A stretch of DNA of 64,000 nucleotides from an uncultured Candidatus Binatia bacterium (GCA_964291295.2 OZ219754.1:2368001-2432000); one strand, 5' to 3'. Counted from the first letter of the stretch, positions 28,137-39,082 are shown. The notes: generated by a model not told the origin, from the sequence alone. Numbers and translations are program-made.

Positions 28137-30386
28137 TCATGCCGGCGGCGGTGCCTGCGCCACCAGGCCGAAATCCCGCAGCGGCTGGTGCTCGTTGCTC
28201 AGCTCCGGGCAGAACGTATCCACCTGGAGCAGAGACGCGCAGCCGGGGCAGCAGTACTCGACGAAGCAGGCGATGTACGGTTCGCCCGACGGCATCTTCT
28301 GTCCCGACAGCTCCTCCAGGTCGAGCTTCCGTCTGAGCGCATAGCGTTTGTAGTTGTCGTGCTCCTCGCAATAGCGGTGGGCGCAGCGGGTGCACTGAAT
28401 GACCCGCCGGCCGCCTTCGCTGGCGATGGCCAGGCAGGGATGGAACCGCAGCACTTCCGCGCCGGCGGGCGGGGTGGGCGAGCCGCCGGACAGCGCGCTG
28501 GTGGTGCCGGCCAGAGGTGTGCCCCGGGCCAGCCGTTCCGCGCGTATCGCCTCCCGCCGGCCCTCCGTGGCCTCGGTATCCACGGCTCCCCGGGCCGTGA
28601 CCACGACCCCGAACACCTTCTCGGCCATGCGCCGCGAGGTGACGCCCACGCGGATGTCGCGTCGGACCTTTTCCGGATCGCGTTCCAGGGGGTCGCCGAA
28701 GCCGCCGCCACCGCCCACGAAGTCGGCCACGATGCAGTACTCCGGAAGCGGCACCCGTCCCTGGATCTGGTCCGGATGGGCCAGGACACCCCAGTTCTCG
28801 CTCTCCAGTTGCGCCGGCTGGACGGGATAGGCGCCGCCGCGCAACCGTTCCATCAAGGAGGCGCCGTCGGTGTGGAACACGGCTCGGGTTCCGCCGATGC
28901 CTGTGGGGTAGCCGCCGAACAGTCCCGCGCCCTCGGGCAGGCAACCGTAAGGGGGGTAGTTGACGCTGCAGTCCCGGGTGCCGAAGACCATGTAGATCCG
29001 ATAGCTGCCGGTGCCGCCGGTGTGCCTGCCGGCGCCGCCGCCGTCGATGTGGTGATTTCGGGTGAAGTAGAGGAACGGGTATTGCATCTCGATGCGTTCG
29101 ATGTCGCTGATGCCGCCGCCGGGAATGTTCATGTTGCCGCCGCAGGGAACCCCGTCCCGTACCGGCGTTGCGCCGAAGCCGGCGCCGTGGCCGTCGTAGA
29201 GGCCCTGGGCGGTCACCAGTCCTTGGCGATTGTGGCCGCCGTAGAAGGCCAGCGGACCGCCGCTGTACCAGATGCCCTGCCAGGCGGCGTTGATGTCGTC
29301 GCTGCCGCTGCTGTAGAGCATGCGCGCGATGCAGTCGCTCAGTGCCACCTTGGCCGTGACCCCCACCGCCGGCGCGTTGCCGCAGGCTGCCGGGAACCGG
29401 CAGTTGAGAATGCTGCCCTCGGGGATGGTGACGGAGAGGGGTTTGAACTTGCCGTCGCTCCAGGGAATGTCCCAGAAGAGGAAGTCCGTCAGCGCCACCG
29501 CCAACTGGGCCATGGTGCCCGCCAGGGTGGAGTTGGACATGTCGTTCATCTGGCCGCTGGTGCCGCTGAAGTCCAGGTGCATCGCCTCGGCCTTCTTCTC
29601 GAGCCGGCACACCACGTGGTAGGGCTTGACCCGGCCGCTCCCGCGGTCCCAGGCGGTGCCCGGAATCACCGACGTCCAGACGCCGTCCGGCAGACTCCGG
29701 AGCCGGGCCCGGGCCATGCGCTCCGAGTCCTCGATGACCTTGCGTCCGGCCATCTCGATGAAGTCGACGCCGAACTTCTCCACCAGTTCCAGGAATCCCC
29801 GGGCACACACGTTGTTGGAGGCGATCTGCGACCGGATGTCCTGGCCGACATACTCAGGGTCGCGGCATTGTTGCGTCAGACAGCGGAAGGCGTCTTCCCG
29901 GAACTCGCCCTTCTCGACGACCTTGGCGCCTTGTATCCGGATGCCTTCGTGGTAGATCTCCGTGGCCACGCCCCGGAGCGAGCCGCCGGTGTCCGCGGTG
30001 TGGATGCTGGACGCGATCCAGTTGGTGAGCACGCCGTCATGGAAGATGGGCTTCATGATCAGCATGTCGTAGGTGTGGGCGCCGGCAATGTAGGGATCGT
30101 TGAAGAAGAGCTGGTCGCCGTCGAAGAAGCCGGGACTCTCGCCGTACCACTCGATGACCTTCCGGATGGCGTCGGACGTGGCCGCGGCGAACCGCAGGTG
30201 GCCCGAGCACGCCAGGACCATCGCGCCTTCGGCGGTGTAGAATGATGCCATGCACTCGCCCCCCTGGGCGACGATGGGGGAGGCGGTCACCTTCTGGATG
30301 GACGAACGCCCCTCCTCGCCGATGGCCCAGAGGCGGTGCAGGAACATCTCGTACCTGACGGGATCCAGTTCGGCCGTGTCTGCCAT
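28137..30386 (-). CDS. Hydantoinase B/acetone-carboxylase alpha-like subunit fused to an acetone-carboxylase gamma-like Zn domain
   Basis: LDPVRYE, NDPYIAGAHTYD, HTADTGG, YHEG and GGGGFGDPLERDP motifs. C-terminal CTRC...NYK...EYCCPGC. Confidence 0.85.
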   Translation of the reverse strand: MADTAELDPVRYEMFLHRLWAIGEEGRSSIQKVTASPIVAQGGECMASFYTAEGAMVLACSGHLRFAAATSDAIRKVIEWYGESPGFFDGDQLFFNDPYIAGAHTYDMLIMKPIFHDGVLTNWIASSIHTADTGGSLRGVATEIYHEGIRIQGAKVVEKGEFREDAFRCLTQQCRDPEYVGQDIRSQIASNNVCARGFLELVEKFGVDFIEMAGRKVIEDSERMARARLRSLPDGVWTSVIPGTAWDRGSGRVKPYHVVCRLEKKAEAMHLDFSGTSGQMNDMSNSTLAGTMAQLAVALTDFLFWDIPWSDGKFKPLSVTIPEGSILNCRFPAACGNAPAVGVTAKVALSDCIARMLYSSGSDDINAAWQGIWYSGGPLAFYGGHNRQGLVTAQGLYDGHGAGFGATPVRDGVPCGGNMNIPGGGISDIERIEMQYPFLYFTRNHHIDGGGAGRHTGGTGSYRIYMVFGTRDCSVNYPPYGCLPEGAGLFGGYPTGIGGTRAVFHTDGASLMERLRGGAYPVQPAQLESENWGVLAHPDQIQGRVPLPEYCIVADFVGGGGGFGDPLERDPEKVRRDIRVGVTSRRMAEKVFGVVVTARGAVDTEATEGRREAIRAERLARGTPLAGTTSALSGGSPTPPAGAEVLRFHPCLAIASEGGRRVIQCTRCAHRYCEEHDNYKRYALRRKLDLEELSGQKMPSGEPYIACFVEYCCPGCASLLQVDTFCPELSNEHQPLRDFGLVAQAPPPA

Positions 30387-30693
30387 GCGATCAACTCCTG
30401 CGGCCGTCCCGATGGTGTCAGCGGGCGGCGCGGTGCGGGTGCGGTGCGTAGGGGTGGACGATCGGAATGTTCCCTTCCGGTGCGCGAACCGGACCCATGA
30501 ATGGAGGTGCGGTGCGGCGTTCAGTTCGCCACAGCCGCAGGTTCCTGTCAAATTGGGAATCGTCACCACCGGGAATCGGCCCGACCCGGGGTTACGGTCG
30601 GAAATGTCATGGCCGCCCTCGCGGGAGTGATCGCTCCGGCAGATGGGCTTCGGGAGGTTCGCCCCGGCCGGTGCGTTCCGGGAGATACATTCG

Positions 30694-30954
30694 ATGATGT
30701 CGAGACTTGAATCGGTTCCAAGGCTTTTGGCGGCGGCGGCACTGGGAACGCTGCTTGCCCTGCCGCTGGCCGCCTGTGGCGACGGCGCCAAGGAGTTGTT
30801 CGAGACGGCGCAGTTCGAGGAGGTCCAGAACAACCGGGAGCACGCGCGCAAGCTCTACCGCCGGATCCTGCGCGACCATCCGGGCAGCCCGTTCGCGGCC
30901 CGGGCGCGGGAACGGCTGGCGGTGCTGGCGCGGGAGGGGGTTGGCGGCGGGTGA
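30694..30954 (+). CDS. Small TPR-like lipoprotein
   Basis: Lipobox LAAC, then ELFETAQFEE...LYRRILRDHPGSPFAARARERL helical hairpin. Confidence 0.75.
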   Translation: MMSRLESVPRLLAAAALGTLLALPLAACGDGAKELFETAQFEEVQNNREHARKLYRRILRDHPGSPFAARARERLAVLAREGVGGG

Positions 30955-31171
30955 GGCGGCGGGTGGGCGTCGTCGCCGCGTGCCTGTCCGCAGGGGTCGG
31001 CGGCCCCGCACCGGTTCCGCGCGGTGGGCCGCCACCGGTGTTCGCTCCACTGGTGGGGCGAAGGCCGGTCGGCGAACGTGAGGACGGGCGGTCCGGCGGA
31101 TTCCGGCATCCGGGCCGTACAAGGAGGACAGCGGTGTTCGAGGCTTCCGGACCCGGTCGCGGGGAGGGTGC

Positions 31172-32857
31172 ATGAGCAATGATGATCGTCAGGTGATTTT
31201 CTCTCTGATCGGGGTGGGCAAGGTCCATCCCCCCAGGCGGCAGGTGCTGAAGGACATCCACCTGTCTTTCTTCTACGGTGCCAAGATCGGCGTGCTCGGC
31301 CTCAACGGTTCGGGCAAGAGCACCCTCCTGCGGATCATCGCGGGCGTGGACAAGGAGTATCTGGGGGAGATCGCGTTCTCCAGGGGCTACGCCGTGGGCC
31401 TGCTGGAGCAGGAGCCGCGGATGGATCCCGGCAAGACCGTGAAGGAGGTGGTGGAGGAGGGCTGCTCCCGGATGATCGGGCTGCTGGCCGAATTCGAGAC
31501 GGTCAGCGGCAGGCTCGGCGAGGTGTCGGACGCGGACGAGATGGAGGTGTTGCTGGAGAAACAGGCGCGGCTCCAGGACGAGATCGAGGCGGGTCACGGC
31601 TGGGAGTTCGAGAGCCGTCTCGAGGTGGCCATGGACGCGCTCCGCTGCCCGCCGCCGGATACCAGCACCGGTGTGCTCTCCGGGGGCGAGCGCCGGCGCG
31701 TGGCCCTGTGTCGGCTGTTGATCCAGGAACCGGACATCCTGCTGCTGGACGAGCCCACCAATCACCTGGACGCGGAATCGGTGCAGTGGCTGGAGCAGCA
31801 CCTCGGCCGCTACCGGGGCACGGTCATCGCGGTGACCCACGACCGCTACTTTCTGGACAATGTCGCCGGCTGGATCCTCGAGCTGGACCGGGGCCACGGC
31901 ATCCCTTTCGAGGGTAACTACTCCTCGTGGCTGGAACAGAAACAGGTGCGCCTGGAGAAGGAGGAGAAGTCGTTGTCGCGGCGGCGGAAGACCCTGGAGC
32001 GGGAGCTGGAATGGGTGCGCCTGTCTCCCCGGGCGCGGCAGGCCAAGGGCAAGGCGCGGCTTGCGCGCTACGAACAACTGTTGGGACAGGAGCCGGCGGA
32101 CGCCCGGGAAGAACTGGAGATATACATCCCGCCGGGGCCGCGGCTGGGGGACCGGGTGCTCCAGGCCGAAGGGCTCACCCACGGGTTCGGTGACCGGCTG
32201 CTGTTCGAGAATCTGAGCTTCATCATGCCGCCGGGCGCCATCGTCGGCGTCATCGGCCCCAACGGTTCGGGCAAGACCACGCTGCTGCGCATCGTCACCG
32301 GCGGTGTGGCATGCCGGGCCGGCTCGTTCCACATCGGCGACACCGTCCGCATCGGCTACGTGGACCAGAGCCGCACCCTGGACGACCGGCAAACGGTGTG
32401 GGAGGCCATTGCCGACGGCCAGGCGCAGATTCTGCTGGGCAAGCGCGAGGTCAACTCCCGCGCCTGGGTGGGGCGTTTCAACTTCTCCGGCCAGGATCAG
32501 CAGAGGAAGGTGGGGGAACTCTCGGGCGGCGAACGCAACCGCGTGCACCTGGCGCGCATGTTGAAGGAGGGGGCCAACCTGTTGCTGCTGGACGAGCCCA
32601 CCAACGATCTGGACGTGAACACCATGCGGGCGCTGGAGGACGGGCTGGTGGAGTTCGGCGGCTCCTGCATCGTCGTGAGCCACGACCGCTGGTTCCTGGA
32701 CCGCATCGCAACCCACATGCTGGCCTTCGAGGGAGACGGCCGGGTGGTCTGGTTCGAGGGCAACTACAGCGACTACGAGGCGGACCGGCGAAGGCGTCTC
32801 GGCAAGGAGGCCGATCAGCCGCACCGCATGCGCTACCGCAGGCTGACCCGGGATTGA
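31172..32857 (+). CDS. ettA: Energy-dependent translational throttle protein EttA (ABC-F)
   Basis: [21 protein letters not shown], two LSGGE/LLDEPTN domains, RELEWVR linker. Confidence 0.95.
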   Translation: MSNDDRQVIFSLIGVGKVHPPRRQVLKDIHLSFFYGAKIGVLGLNGSGKSTLLRIIAGVDKEYLGEIAFSRGYAVGLLEQEPRMDPGKTVKEVVEEGCSRMIGLLAEFETVSGRLGEVSDADEMEVLLEKQARLQDEIEAGHGWEFESRLEVAMDALRCPPPDTSTGVLSGGERRRVALCRLLIQEPDILLLDEPTNHLDAESVQWLEQHLGRYRGTVIAVTHDRYFLDNVAGWILELDRGHGIPFEGNYSSWLEQKQVRLEKEEKSLSRRRKTLERELEWVRLSPRARQAKGKARLARYEQLLGQEPADAREELEIYIPPGPRLGDRVLQAEGLTHGFGDRLLFENLSFIMPPGAIVGVIGPNGSGKTTLLRIVTGGVACRAGSFHIGDTVRIGYVDQSRTLDDRQTVWEAIADGQAQILLGKREVNSRAWVGRFNFSGQDQQRKVGELSGGERNRVHLARMLKEGANLLLLDEPTNDLDVNTMRALEDGLVEFGGSCIVVSHDRWFLDRIATHMLAFEGDGRVVWFEGNYSDYEADRRRRLGKEADQPHRMRYRRLTRD

Positions 32858-32870
32858 GTTGGCGTTCGAT

Positions 32871-34388
32871 TCAGCCGCCGGCCCGCTTCACGAAGTCGGA
32901 CAACCGCTCGCCGATCATGATGCAGGTGACGTTGGTGTTGGCGTGCACCACCGTTGGCATGATCGAGGCGTCGGCCACCCAGAGGTTGTCCATGCCGTGC
33001 ACCTTGAGGTTCTGATCCACCACCGCTTCCGGGTTGGAGGCCGGCGCCATCAGGCAGGTGCCGACACCGTGGTGGTAGCTGTCGTAGGTGGTTCGGGCGA
33101 ATTCGGCCCAATCGTCGCCTGGACCGGGAGTGAGCAGGTCGCCGTAGATCTCCCGCATGGCCGGGGTCTCGGCGATCTCCTTGATGAACGCCATGGCCCG
33201 GGTCATGGATTCGATGTCCTGCCGGTCCTCCAGCATGGCCGACTCGATGACCGGCAACTCGTGCGGGTCGCTGCTCTGCAGGCGGATCCGGCCGCGGTTC
33301 ATCTGCTCCAGCAGCGACGCCGACAGCGGGATGGTGGGCTTGATGCCTTCGATGTGGGTCGGCGGCCGCAGCGAAATGTGGAAGTTGGCGCAGTCCCGGT
33401 CGGCGTGGCTCTTGTAGATGTAACGGATGCGCGGGATGATCCAGTCGGCGTCGAACGCCTCCCTGCACTCGAAAGTCATGAAGACCACCGCGTGGTCCTG
33501 ATAGTTCCGGCCCACGCCGGGCATGTTCCGGACCACCTCCACGCCAGCTTTTCGAAGCTCCTCGGCACCGCCGATGCCCGAGAGCATCAGCAGCCGGGCC
33601 GAGTCGTAGACCCCGGCGCTCATCACCACGTGGGTGCCGGAGACGGTCTCCTGACGGCCGTCCTTCTCGTAGCACACGCCGGTCACGCGGCTGCCGGAGA
33701 TGTTCAGCCGGGTGACCGGCGCCTCGGCGATGATGGTGAGGTTGGAGCGGCCGCGCGCCGGGTCCAGGTAGGCCACCACGGTGGACTGCCGCTTGCCGTC
33801 CCGGATGCTGAAGGGCGGGTGGCCGACGCCCTCGGGATCGGGGATGTTGGTGTCCTCCAGGAGCGGCAGACCCTTCTGCTGGCCAGCTTCGATGAACGCC
33901 TGGACCGGATCGGCCGCTCCCGGCGTGTCGAACGTGAACGGGCGCTTCACGTAGAGCGGGCCGTCATTGCCGTGAAGCGGGCTGTCCGGGAAGTCATGGT
34001 CCGATTCCAGCCGTTTCAGCACTGGCAGGACCTTGTCCCACGACCAGTCCGGGTTGCCGGCGGCCACCCAGTTGTCCATGTCGGCCTTCATGGGCCGGGG
34101 AGCGGCCATGACGTTCACCGATGAGCCCCCGCCCATGATCCTGCCGGCGAGCTTGTAGCAGATGCTGCCGTCCAGGTCCCGCGGGCTCGGATACATGGTC
34201 AGGTAGTCGGTCTCCAGCAGCAGCCGCACCTGGTTGGCGGCCTCGGCCACCATCTCGGGAAGGGGCCGGGGGTCCGGCCCCGCTTCCAGCAGCAGCACAT
34301 TGCGCCCGGGATCCTCGGAGAGGCGGCTCGCCGCGGCGCAGCCCGCCGAGCCCCCGCCGATGATGATGACGTCGTAGTGTTTCGCCAT
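32871..34388 (-). CDS. GMC family oxidoreductase (choline dehydrogenase-like)
   Basis: GGGSAG, GGGSSVN, GVGRNYQDH, HGVGTC and ANTN (His/Asn catalytic pair). Confidence 0.92.
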   Translation of the reverse strand: MAKHYDVIIIGGGSAGCAAASRLSEDPGRNVLLLEAGPDPRPLPEMVAEAANQVRLLLETDYLTMYPSPRDLDGSICYKLAGRIMGGGSSVNVMAAPRPMKADMDNWVAAGNPDWSWDKVLPVLKRLESDHDFPDSPLHGNDGPLYVKRPFTFDTPGAADPVQAFIEAGQQKGLPLLEDTNIPDPEGVGHPPFSIRDGKRQSTVVAYLDPARGRSNLTIIAEAPVTRLNISGSRVTGVCYEKDGRQETVSGTHVVMSAGVYDSARLLMLSGIGGAEELRKAGVEVVRNMPGVGRNYQDHAVVFMTFECREAFDADWIIPRIRYIYKSHADRDCANFHISLRPPTHIEGIKPTIPLSASLLEQMNRGRIRLQSSDPHELPVIESAMLEDRQDIESMTRAMAFIKEIAETPAMREIYGDLLTPGPGDDWAEFARTTYDSYHHGVGTCLMAPASNPEAVVDQNLKVHGMDNLWVADASIMPTVVHANTNVTCIMIGERLSDFVKRAGG

Positions 34389-34398
34389 GAGAGAAACC

Positions 34399-34887
34399 CT
34401 ATGCTTTCGGGGCCGGTTCGCCGTCCCGGGCCCTGGCGGCCTGGTCGTCCAGCGCCTTGCCCAGGCGTTTCCTGAACTCTTCCAGGATGAGCGAGGTGGT
34501 GGCGCGCAGGATCATGTCGCCGACGATGGCCAGTCGTCCCTTGATCTCCACCGACGCCTTGTAACGGAGTTCGGTGCGGTTCTCCCCGGGCTCTTCCATG
34601 CGGGCGTCCACCGCGGCCACCACCGTGCTCCGGGTCACGGAGTCGTTGCCTTCGATTTTCACGGCGAGGGATTCCCTGGGGTTGCTCTCGGTGATGGTGG
34701 AGCGGAAGGCGAACTTTCCCGCCATGGGCCCCACCTTGGCGCTGATGACGCCGTCGAAGGTGACGTCGTCGATCCGGTCGATGGAATCGAGACCCGGCAT
34801 GCAGGACGAGAACTTCCGGATGTCCAGCACGAAGTCCCAAACGACGTCTCTCGGATGTTCCACGGTGATGGTGCCCTCGAAGTTCAT
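34399..34887 (-). CDS. CoxG/SRPBCC family protein
   Basis: VWDFVLD...CMPG...KVGP...GRLA pattern. Confidence 0.85.
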   Translation of the reverse strand: MNFEGTITVEHPRDVVWDFVLDIRKFSSCMPGLDSIDRIDDVTFDGVISAKVGPMAGKFAFRSTITESNPRESLAVKIEGNDSVTRSTVVAAVDARMEEPGENRTELRYKASVEIKGRLAIVGDMILRATTSLILEEFRKRLGKALDDQAARARDGEPAPKA

Positions 34888-35182
34888 GGCGGCTCCCGGC
34901 GACGAGTCGAACTGGAAGGGATATAGCGGGTTCGGCGGTGCCGATCAACCTGCGGGCCGATACGGCAGGGCGCCGGCGCCGCGGAGACGTCGTTCCCGCG
35001 CCGGCGGAAGGTCCGAACCGCTCCGGGTTCGCCGGGGCTGAATCAATGACATCAACAGGCTGCGAGCAGGTTCATGTCGCGCCGTCGTCTTGTTCGGACC
35101 TTCCCTTGCCAGTGGGGCGGGCGGCGTGATTGCAGTTCCGGCGTGGTTACGAATCCGGTCCGGCGTGCTACACGTGGCCTTC

Positions 35183-36076
35183 ATGGACATGGACATCGCC
35201 ATGGTCTATGCCCTCGGTACGGCGTTCTTCCTGGCGTTGCGGGACATCTTCGGCCGCTTGGCCACCCGTGACATCGACCCGGTGCTGGGCACGGCGGCGA
35301 CGGCGTTCACCGGCTTGGTGGTGCTGGCCTGCGCCGCCCTGGTGAACGGCGACTTCCAGGCGGGGTTTCCTGGTTGGGGATGGCCGCTGTTCATGATCGG
35401 CTGCGCCGGAATCCTGCGCATTACCGTGGGCCGCACCACCCTGTTCACCGCCATCAAGTACATCGGCGCCGCGCGCGCCAGCAGCTTCAGCGCCACCAAC
35501 GTCTTCTTCGCCATGTTCCTGGGGGTGGTCTTCCTGGGCGAGAAGCTGACGGTTCTCCTGGCGGCCGGGGCGGTTCTGGTGGTGGGCGGCTGCGTGCTGG
35601 TGGCCCTGAGTCGTGTCCGGGGCGCCGTCGCGCAGACCTGGACGCGCCATGCGGCCGGCATCGGCCTGGCACTGGGCAGCGCCTTCGCCATGGCGCTGTC
35701 CGCCGCTCTGACCCGGGTGGTGGTGCACGAGTTCCCGTCGCCTCTGGGCGCCAATTTCTACGCCAGCCTCATCGCGCTGCCGAGCTTCCTGCCGGTCATT
35801 GCCGGCCGGCCGCTGCGCAGCGTCGCCCACTGGAGCTCCCGGCACTGGTGGTACACTTGGCTGGTGGGCCTGGTGTCCGCCATCGGCACCACCTGCGGCT
35901 ATTTCGCGCTCCGCCACGCACCCGTGGTGGTGGTGCAGCCCATTGCGCAGGCCCGGCCGCTCTTCGTGTTGCTGATCTCATGGATATTCCTGCAGGCTCA
36001 CGAGTCGGTTGGCTGGAGGATCGCGGCCGGCGCCGTGGCCATCGTCGCCGGCACCGCGTTGCTGGTGCTGGAATGA
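35183..36076 (+). CDS. DMT/EamA family transporter
   Basis: About 10 TM segments, two EamA repeats (FLGEKLT; FLQAHESV). Confidence 0.85.
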   Translation: MDMDIAMVYALGTAFFLALRDIFGRLATRDIDPVLGTAATAFTGLVVLACAALVNGDFQAGFPGWGWPLFMIGCAGILRITVGRTTLFTAIKYIGAARASSFSATNVFFAMFLGVVFLGEKLTVLLAAGAVLVVGGCVLVALSRVRGAVAQTWTRHAAGIGLALGSAFAMALSAALTRVVVHEFPSPLGANFYASLIALPSFLPVIAGRPLRSVAHWSSRHWWYTWLVGLVSAIGTTCGYFALRHAPVVVVQPIAQARPLFVLLISWIFLQAHESVGWRIAAGAVAIVAGTALLVLE

Positions 36077-36249
36077 GGAGGAAGGGGTTCGCTTTCCGGT
36101 CTTCGCAGGCTATATGTTGAGAACGGGCGGGAGCCTGCATGGGGATGAGTTCGACCTTGGTGTTGTATCTCGCAGGAATCCGGCGCGCCCTGGCGCACCT
36201 GTTCGGGAGCCATGACGGGACTGCCGGTTCCGGGGAAGGAGTACGGCCG

Positions 36250-36657
36250 GTGAAGGACAAGGTTGTCAAGACCGAAGAGGAGTGGCGCCGGCAGCTCACG
36301 GACGAGCAATTTCTGGTGACACGCAAAAAGGCCACCGAGAGGCCGTTCACGGGCGAGTACCACGCCTCCGGCGAGCCTGGTATGTACCGGTGCGTCTGCT
36401 GCGGCACGGAGCTGTTCGACGCCGACGCCAAGTTCGACTCGGGTACCGGATGGCCGAGTTTCCGGGCGCCGGTGAACGAGGCGCATGTGTCCACCGTGCA
36501 GGACCATTCCTTCGGGATGCGGCGGGTGGAGGTGCTGTGCAGCGTTTGCGACGCCCATCTGGGGCACGTCTTCGACGACGGGCCAGCCCCGACCTATCAG
36601 AGATATTGCATCAACTCGCTCTCTTTGAAGCACGAGAGAGACCAGGGAAACCAATAA
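36250..36657 (+). CDS. msrB: Peptide-methionine (R)-S-oxide reductase MsrB
   Basis: TERPFTGEY, KFDSGTGWPSF, HLGHVFDDGP and RYCINS motifs. Confidence 0.96.
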   Translation: MKDKVVKTEEEWRRQLTDEQFLVTRKKATERPFTGEYHASGEPGMYRCVCCGTELFDADAKFDSGTGWPSFRAPVNEAHVSTVQDHSFGMRRVEVLCSVCDAHLGHVFDDGPAPTYQRYCINSLSLKHERDQGNQ

Positions 36658-36678
36658 AGACCAAGGAGGTTCCGTCAT

Positions 36679-37917
36679 ATGGACAGCAGACAGGTGCTGG
36701 CACAACTCGACCGCGCGCATCTTGTGGAAATGACCCGCGATCTGGCCGATATCGTCACCATCACGGGCGAGGAGGCCCCGGTGGCGGAATATCTGGGCCG
36801 CGAGTTCGAACGGCTGGGCATGGAGGTAGAGTACCAGGAAGTGGAGGAGGGGCGGCCCAATGTCATCGGCAGGCTGAGAGGGTCGGGCGACGGGCCGGTG
36901 CTGATGTTCAACGGCCACATGGACCACTTCGACAATCCCGAGCCCACGCGGGTGACGGAAGAACGGATCTATGGCCGCGGCCTGGTGAACATGAAGTGCG
37001 CGTTTCCCTGCTACATCACCGCGGTGGACATGCTTGTCAAGGCCGGGGCGGAACTCAGGGGCGACATCCTCATCTCCGGCGTGGTGGGCGAGATCGAGAA
37101 GGCCCAGGTCAACAGGTTCCGCGGCAAGAGCTACCGGGGAGCCGGCGTGGGGGCGCGCTATCTGATGGACCACGGCGTCACCGCCGACATGTGCGTCATC
37201 GGCGAGCCCACGGGGCTGCGCATGCAGATTGGCAATGCCGGTCTGGTGTGGGCCGAGGTGACCGTCGAAGGGCCGGCCAAGACCTTCGTCCTGAAGGCGT
37301 CCGAGGTGGCCAGGGCGATCCAGGAGTGGGAGGCCGACTACCAGAAGCAGTTCCCGCATCCGTTCATGCTCCCCACGGTGCAGATCGGCGCCATCGATGG
37401 CGGCAATCCCTTCAAGCCCGGCACCAACCCGGTGTGCAAGATCTACGTCATCGTCAAGACGCTGCCCGGGGTGGCCAGCATGAAGATCCAGCGGGAGCTG
37501 GAGAAGGTGGCCGCGGCCGTCGCCGCCAGGGAAGGGGACATCACCACCCGGGTGAAGCTCTATCTCTCCACCGGCGGCTACGAGATTCCCGCAACCGACT
37601 ATGTGGTCCAGGCCATGGGCGGAGCGCACCGGGAAGTCAACGGCAGCGACATGGAGTTCTCGGAGCCGGTGCGCTACGGCATCACCAGCGACGGCTCGCG
37701 CATTCATCAGTATGGCGTGTCGGTGGTCACCTACGGCGCCGGCTTCGGCACCCACCTGGTGGACCCGGACGAACAGGAAACCGGCACGGAATGGGACCGC
37801 CCGTCCGGCACCCGCCGGGGCGTGGGCATCAACAACATGATCCGCTGCAGCAAGGTCTACGCCCTCGCCGCCCTGGACATCTGCGGCAAGAGCCGCGCGG
37901 AGTTGAATCTCGACTGA
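36679..37917 (+). CDS. M20/ArgE-DapE family metallo-amidohydrolase (divergent ligands)
   Basis: GRPNVIG, MFNGHMD, YGRGLVNMK, VVGEIE and IGEPT motifs. Confidence 0.85.
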   Translation: MDSRQVLAQLDRAHLVEMTRDLADIVTITGEEAPVAEYLGREFERLGMEVEYQEVEEGRPNVIGRLRGSGDGPVLMFNGHMDHFDNPEPTRVTEERIYGRGLVNMKCAFPCYITAVDMLVKAGAELRGDILISGVVGEIEKAQVNRFRGKSYRGAGVGARYLMDHGVTADMCVIGEPTGLRMQIGNAGLVWAEVTVEGPAKTFVLKASEVARAIQEWEADYQKQFPHPFMLPTVQIGAIDGGNPFKPGTNPVCKIYVIVKTLPGVASMKIQRELEKVAAAVAAREGDITTRVKLYLSTGGYEIPATDYVVQAMGGAHREVNGSDMEFSEPVRYGITSDGSRIHQYGVSVVTYGAGFGTHLVDPDEQETGTEWDRPSGTRRGVGINNMIRCSKVYALAALDICGKSRAELNLD

Positions 37918-37939
37918 TGCCCGTCGGGCATGACGGGGG

Positions 37940-37962
37940 GCGGGCGGCTTCGGGCCGCCCGC
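37940..37962. other. GC-rich intergenic hairpin
   Basis: gcgggcggc-ttcgg-gccgcccgc between co-oriented genes, with no clear U-tract. Confidence 0.4.
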
Positions 37963-38011
37963 TTCCGTCCGCGCCGGCGGTGAGCGGAACGCGCCGCCGC
38001 CAGGAGATCCC

Positions 38012-38935
38012 ATGGAACTGACGCTCGCACATTACCGCAACCGTTTCTGCATGTACCGGACCTACCATGCGCTGCGGGAGGGCATCGTCAAGCCCGAGGG
38101 TTTCGACCTGAAGGTGATGGAGGTGGCCGACCCGCCGAGCCACGAGCTGGAGGAGGTGCTGATCCGGGGCGAGGTGGCGTTCGCCAACATCTATCTGCCG
38201 AACTTCCTCAAGCGCAGGCTTGGCGGTGCGCCCATCGTGGGCTTGTCCACGGAATGGAAGTCCACCTCCAAGGGCAACGGCATCTTCGTGCGCAAGGACG
38301 GACCGGTGCGGACTCCCAAGGACCTGGAGGGCCGGCTCATCGCCAGCCACCATTCCGACCCCCACGCCATGCACTGCTACCTGCTGCGCAGGCACTACGG
38401 TGTGGACGACTCCACCATCCGCTGGGAGTCCCATCCCCAGGATGAGCTCTTGCCGATCCTCAAGGAGGGCAAGGCCGACGCCGCCACGCTCATTGACCAG
38501 GTGTTCTGGCACGGCGAGCACGACCCCGACCTCCGTTGCCTTTACACGGACGGCGACGCCTGGCGCGGCCTCCACGGGCTTCCGGAGATCATCAAGCACA
38601 TGCTGGCGACCCGCGAGGAGCTGCTGCGGGAGCATCCGGAACTCGGCGGCCGTATCCTCGACGCCTGCCGGAAGTCGGTGGCCTACAGCGATGCCCACCT
38701 TGAGGAGGTGGCCGACCGCTTCATCGCCCGGTACGGCGGTGACAAGCGGGACATCCTGGCCTCCGCCGGCTACCCCAGGATCGAGTTCACCTTCACGGAC
38801 ACCGAGCGCAGGGAGGCGGAAGCCACCATGGAGATGCTGATGGAGACCGGTCGCCTGAAAGGGCGGGTGGACCTTTCCGAGGCGTTCGTGTCGCCGGCCA
38901 CTGGCGACACGGCAACGAGACCGCCGACCCTATAG
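38012..38935 (+). CDS. Periplasmic-binding-fold protein without signal peptide (NMT1/MqnA-D/dihydroxyphthalate decarboxylase-like)
   Basis: ALREGIVKPEG, IFVRKDGPVRTPKDLEGRLIA and LKEGKADAA motifs. No N-terminal hydrophobic stretch. Confidence 0.7.
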   Translation: MELTLAHYRNRFCMYRTYHALREGIVKPEGFDLKVMEVADPPSHELEEVLIRGEVAFANIYLPNFLKRRLGGAPIVGLSTEWKSTSKGNGIFVRKDGPVRTPKDLEGRLIASHHSDPHAMHCYLLRRHYGVDDSTIRWESHPQDELLPILKEGKADAATLIDQVFWHGEHDPDLRCLYTDGDAWRGLHGLPEIIKHMLATREELLREHPELGGRILDACRKSVAYSDAHLEEVADRFIARYGGDKRDILASAGYPRIEFTFTDTERREAEATMEMLMETGRLKGRVDLSEAFVSPATGDTATRPPTL

Positions 38936-39012
38936 ACCGAAGCCCCTCTCCGGGACCGGAGCCGGGTCCCGTCCGTGAAGGCGGGAATCCGGGAAGCGCA
39001 CCATGGCAGGGC

Positions 39013-39041
39013 TTGACGCCTGTCCCGCGGCTCTATAACGT
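39013..39041 (+). promoter_or_regulatory. Sigma70-type promoter
   Basis: TTGACG-17 nt-TAACGT upstream of the SBP gene, with AAGGGAGG RBS before ATG 39083. Confidence 0.55.
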
Positions 39042-39082
39042 GGCCGCACATCACCGTCACCGGCGGATCAAGGGAGGTTCCC

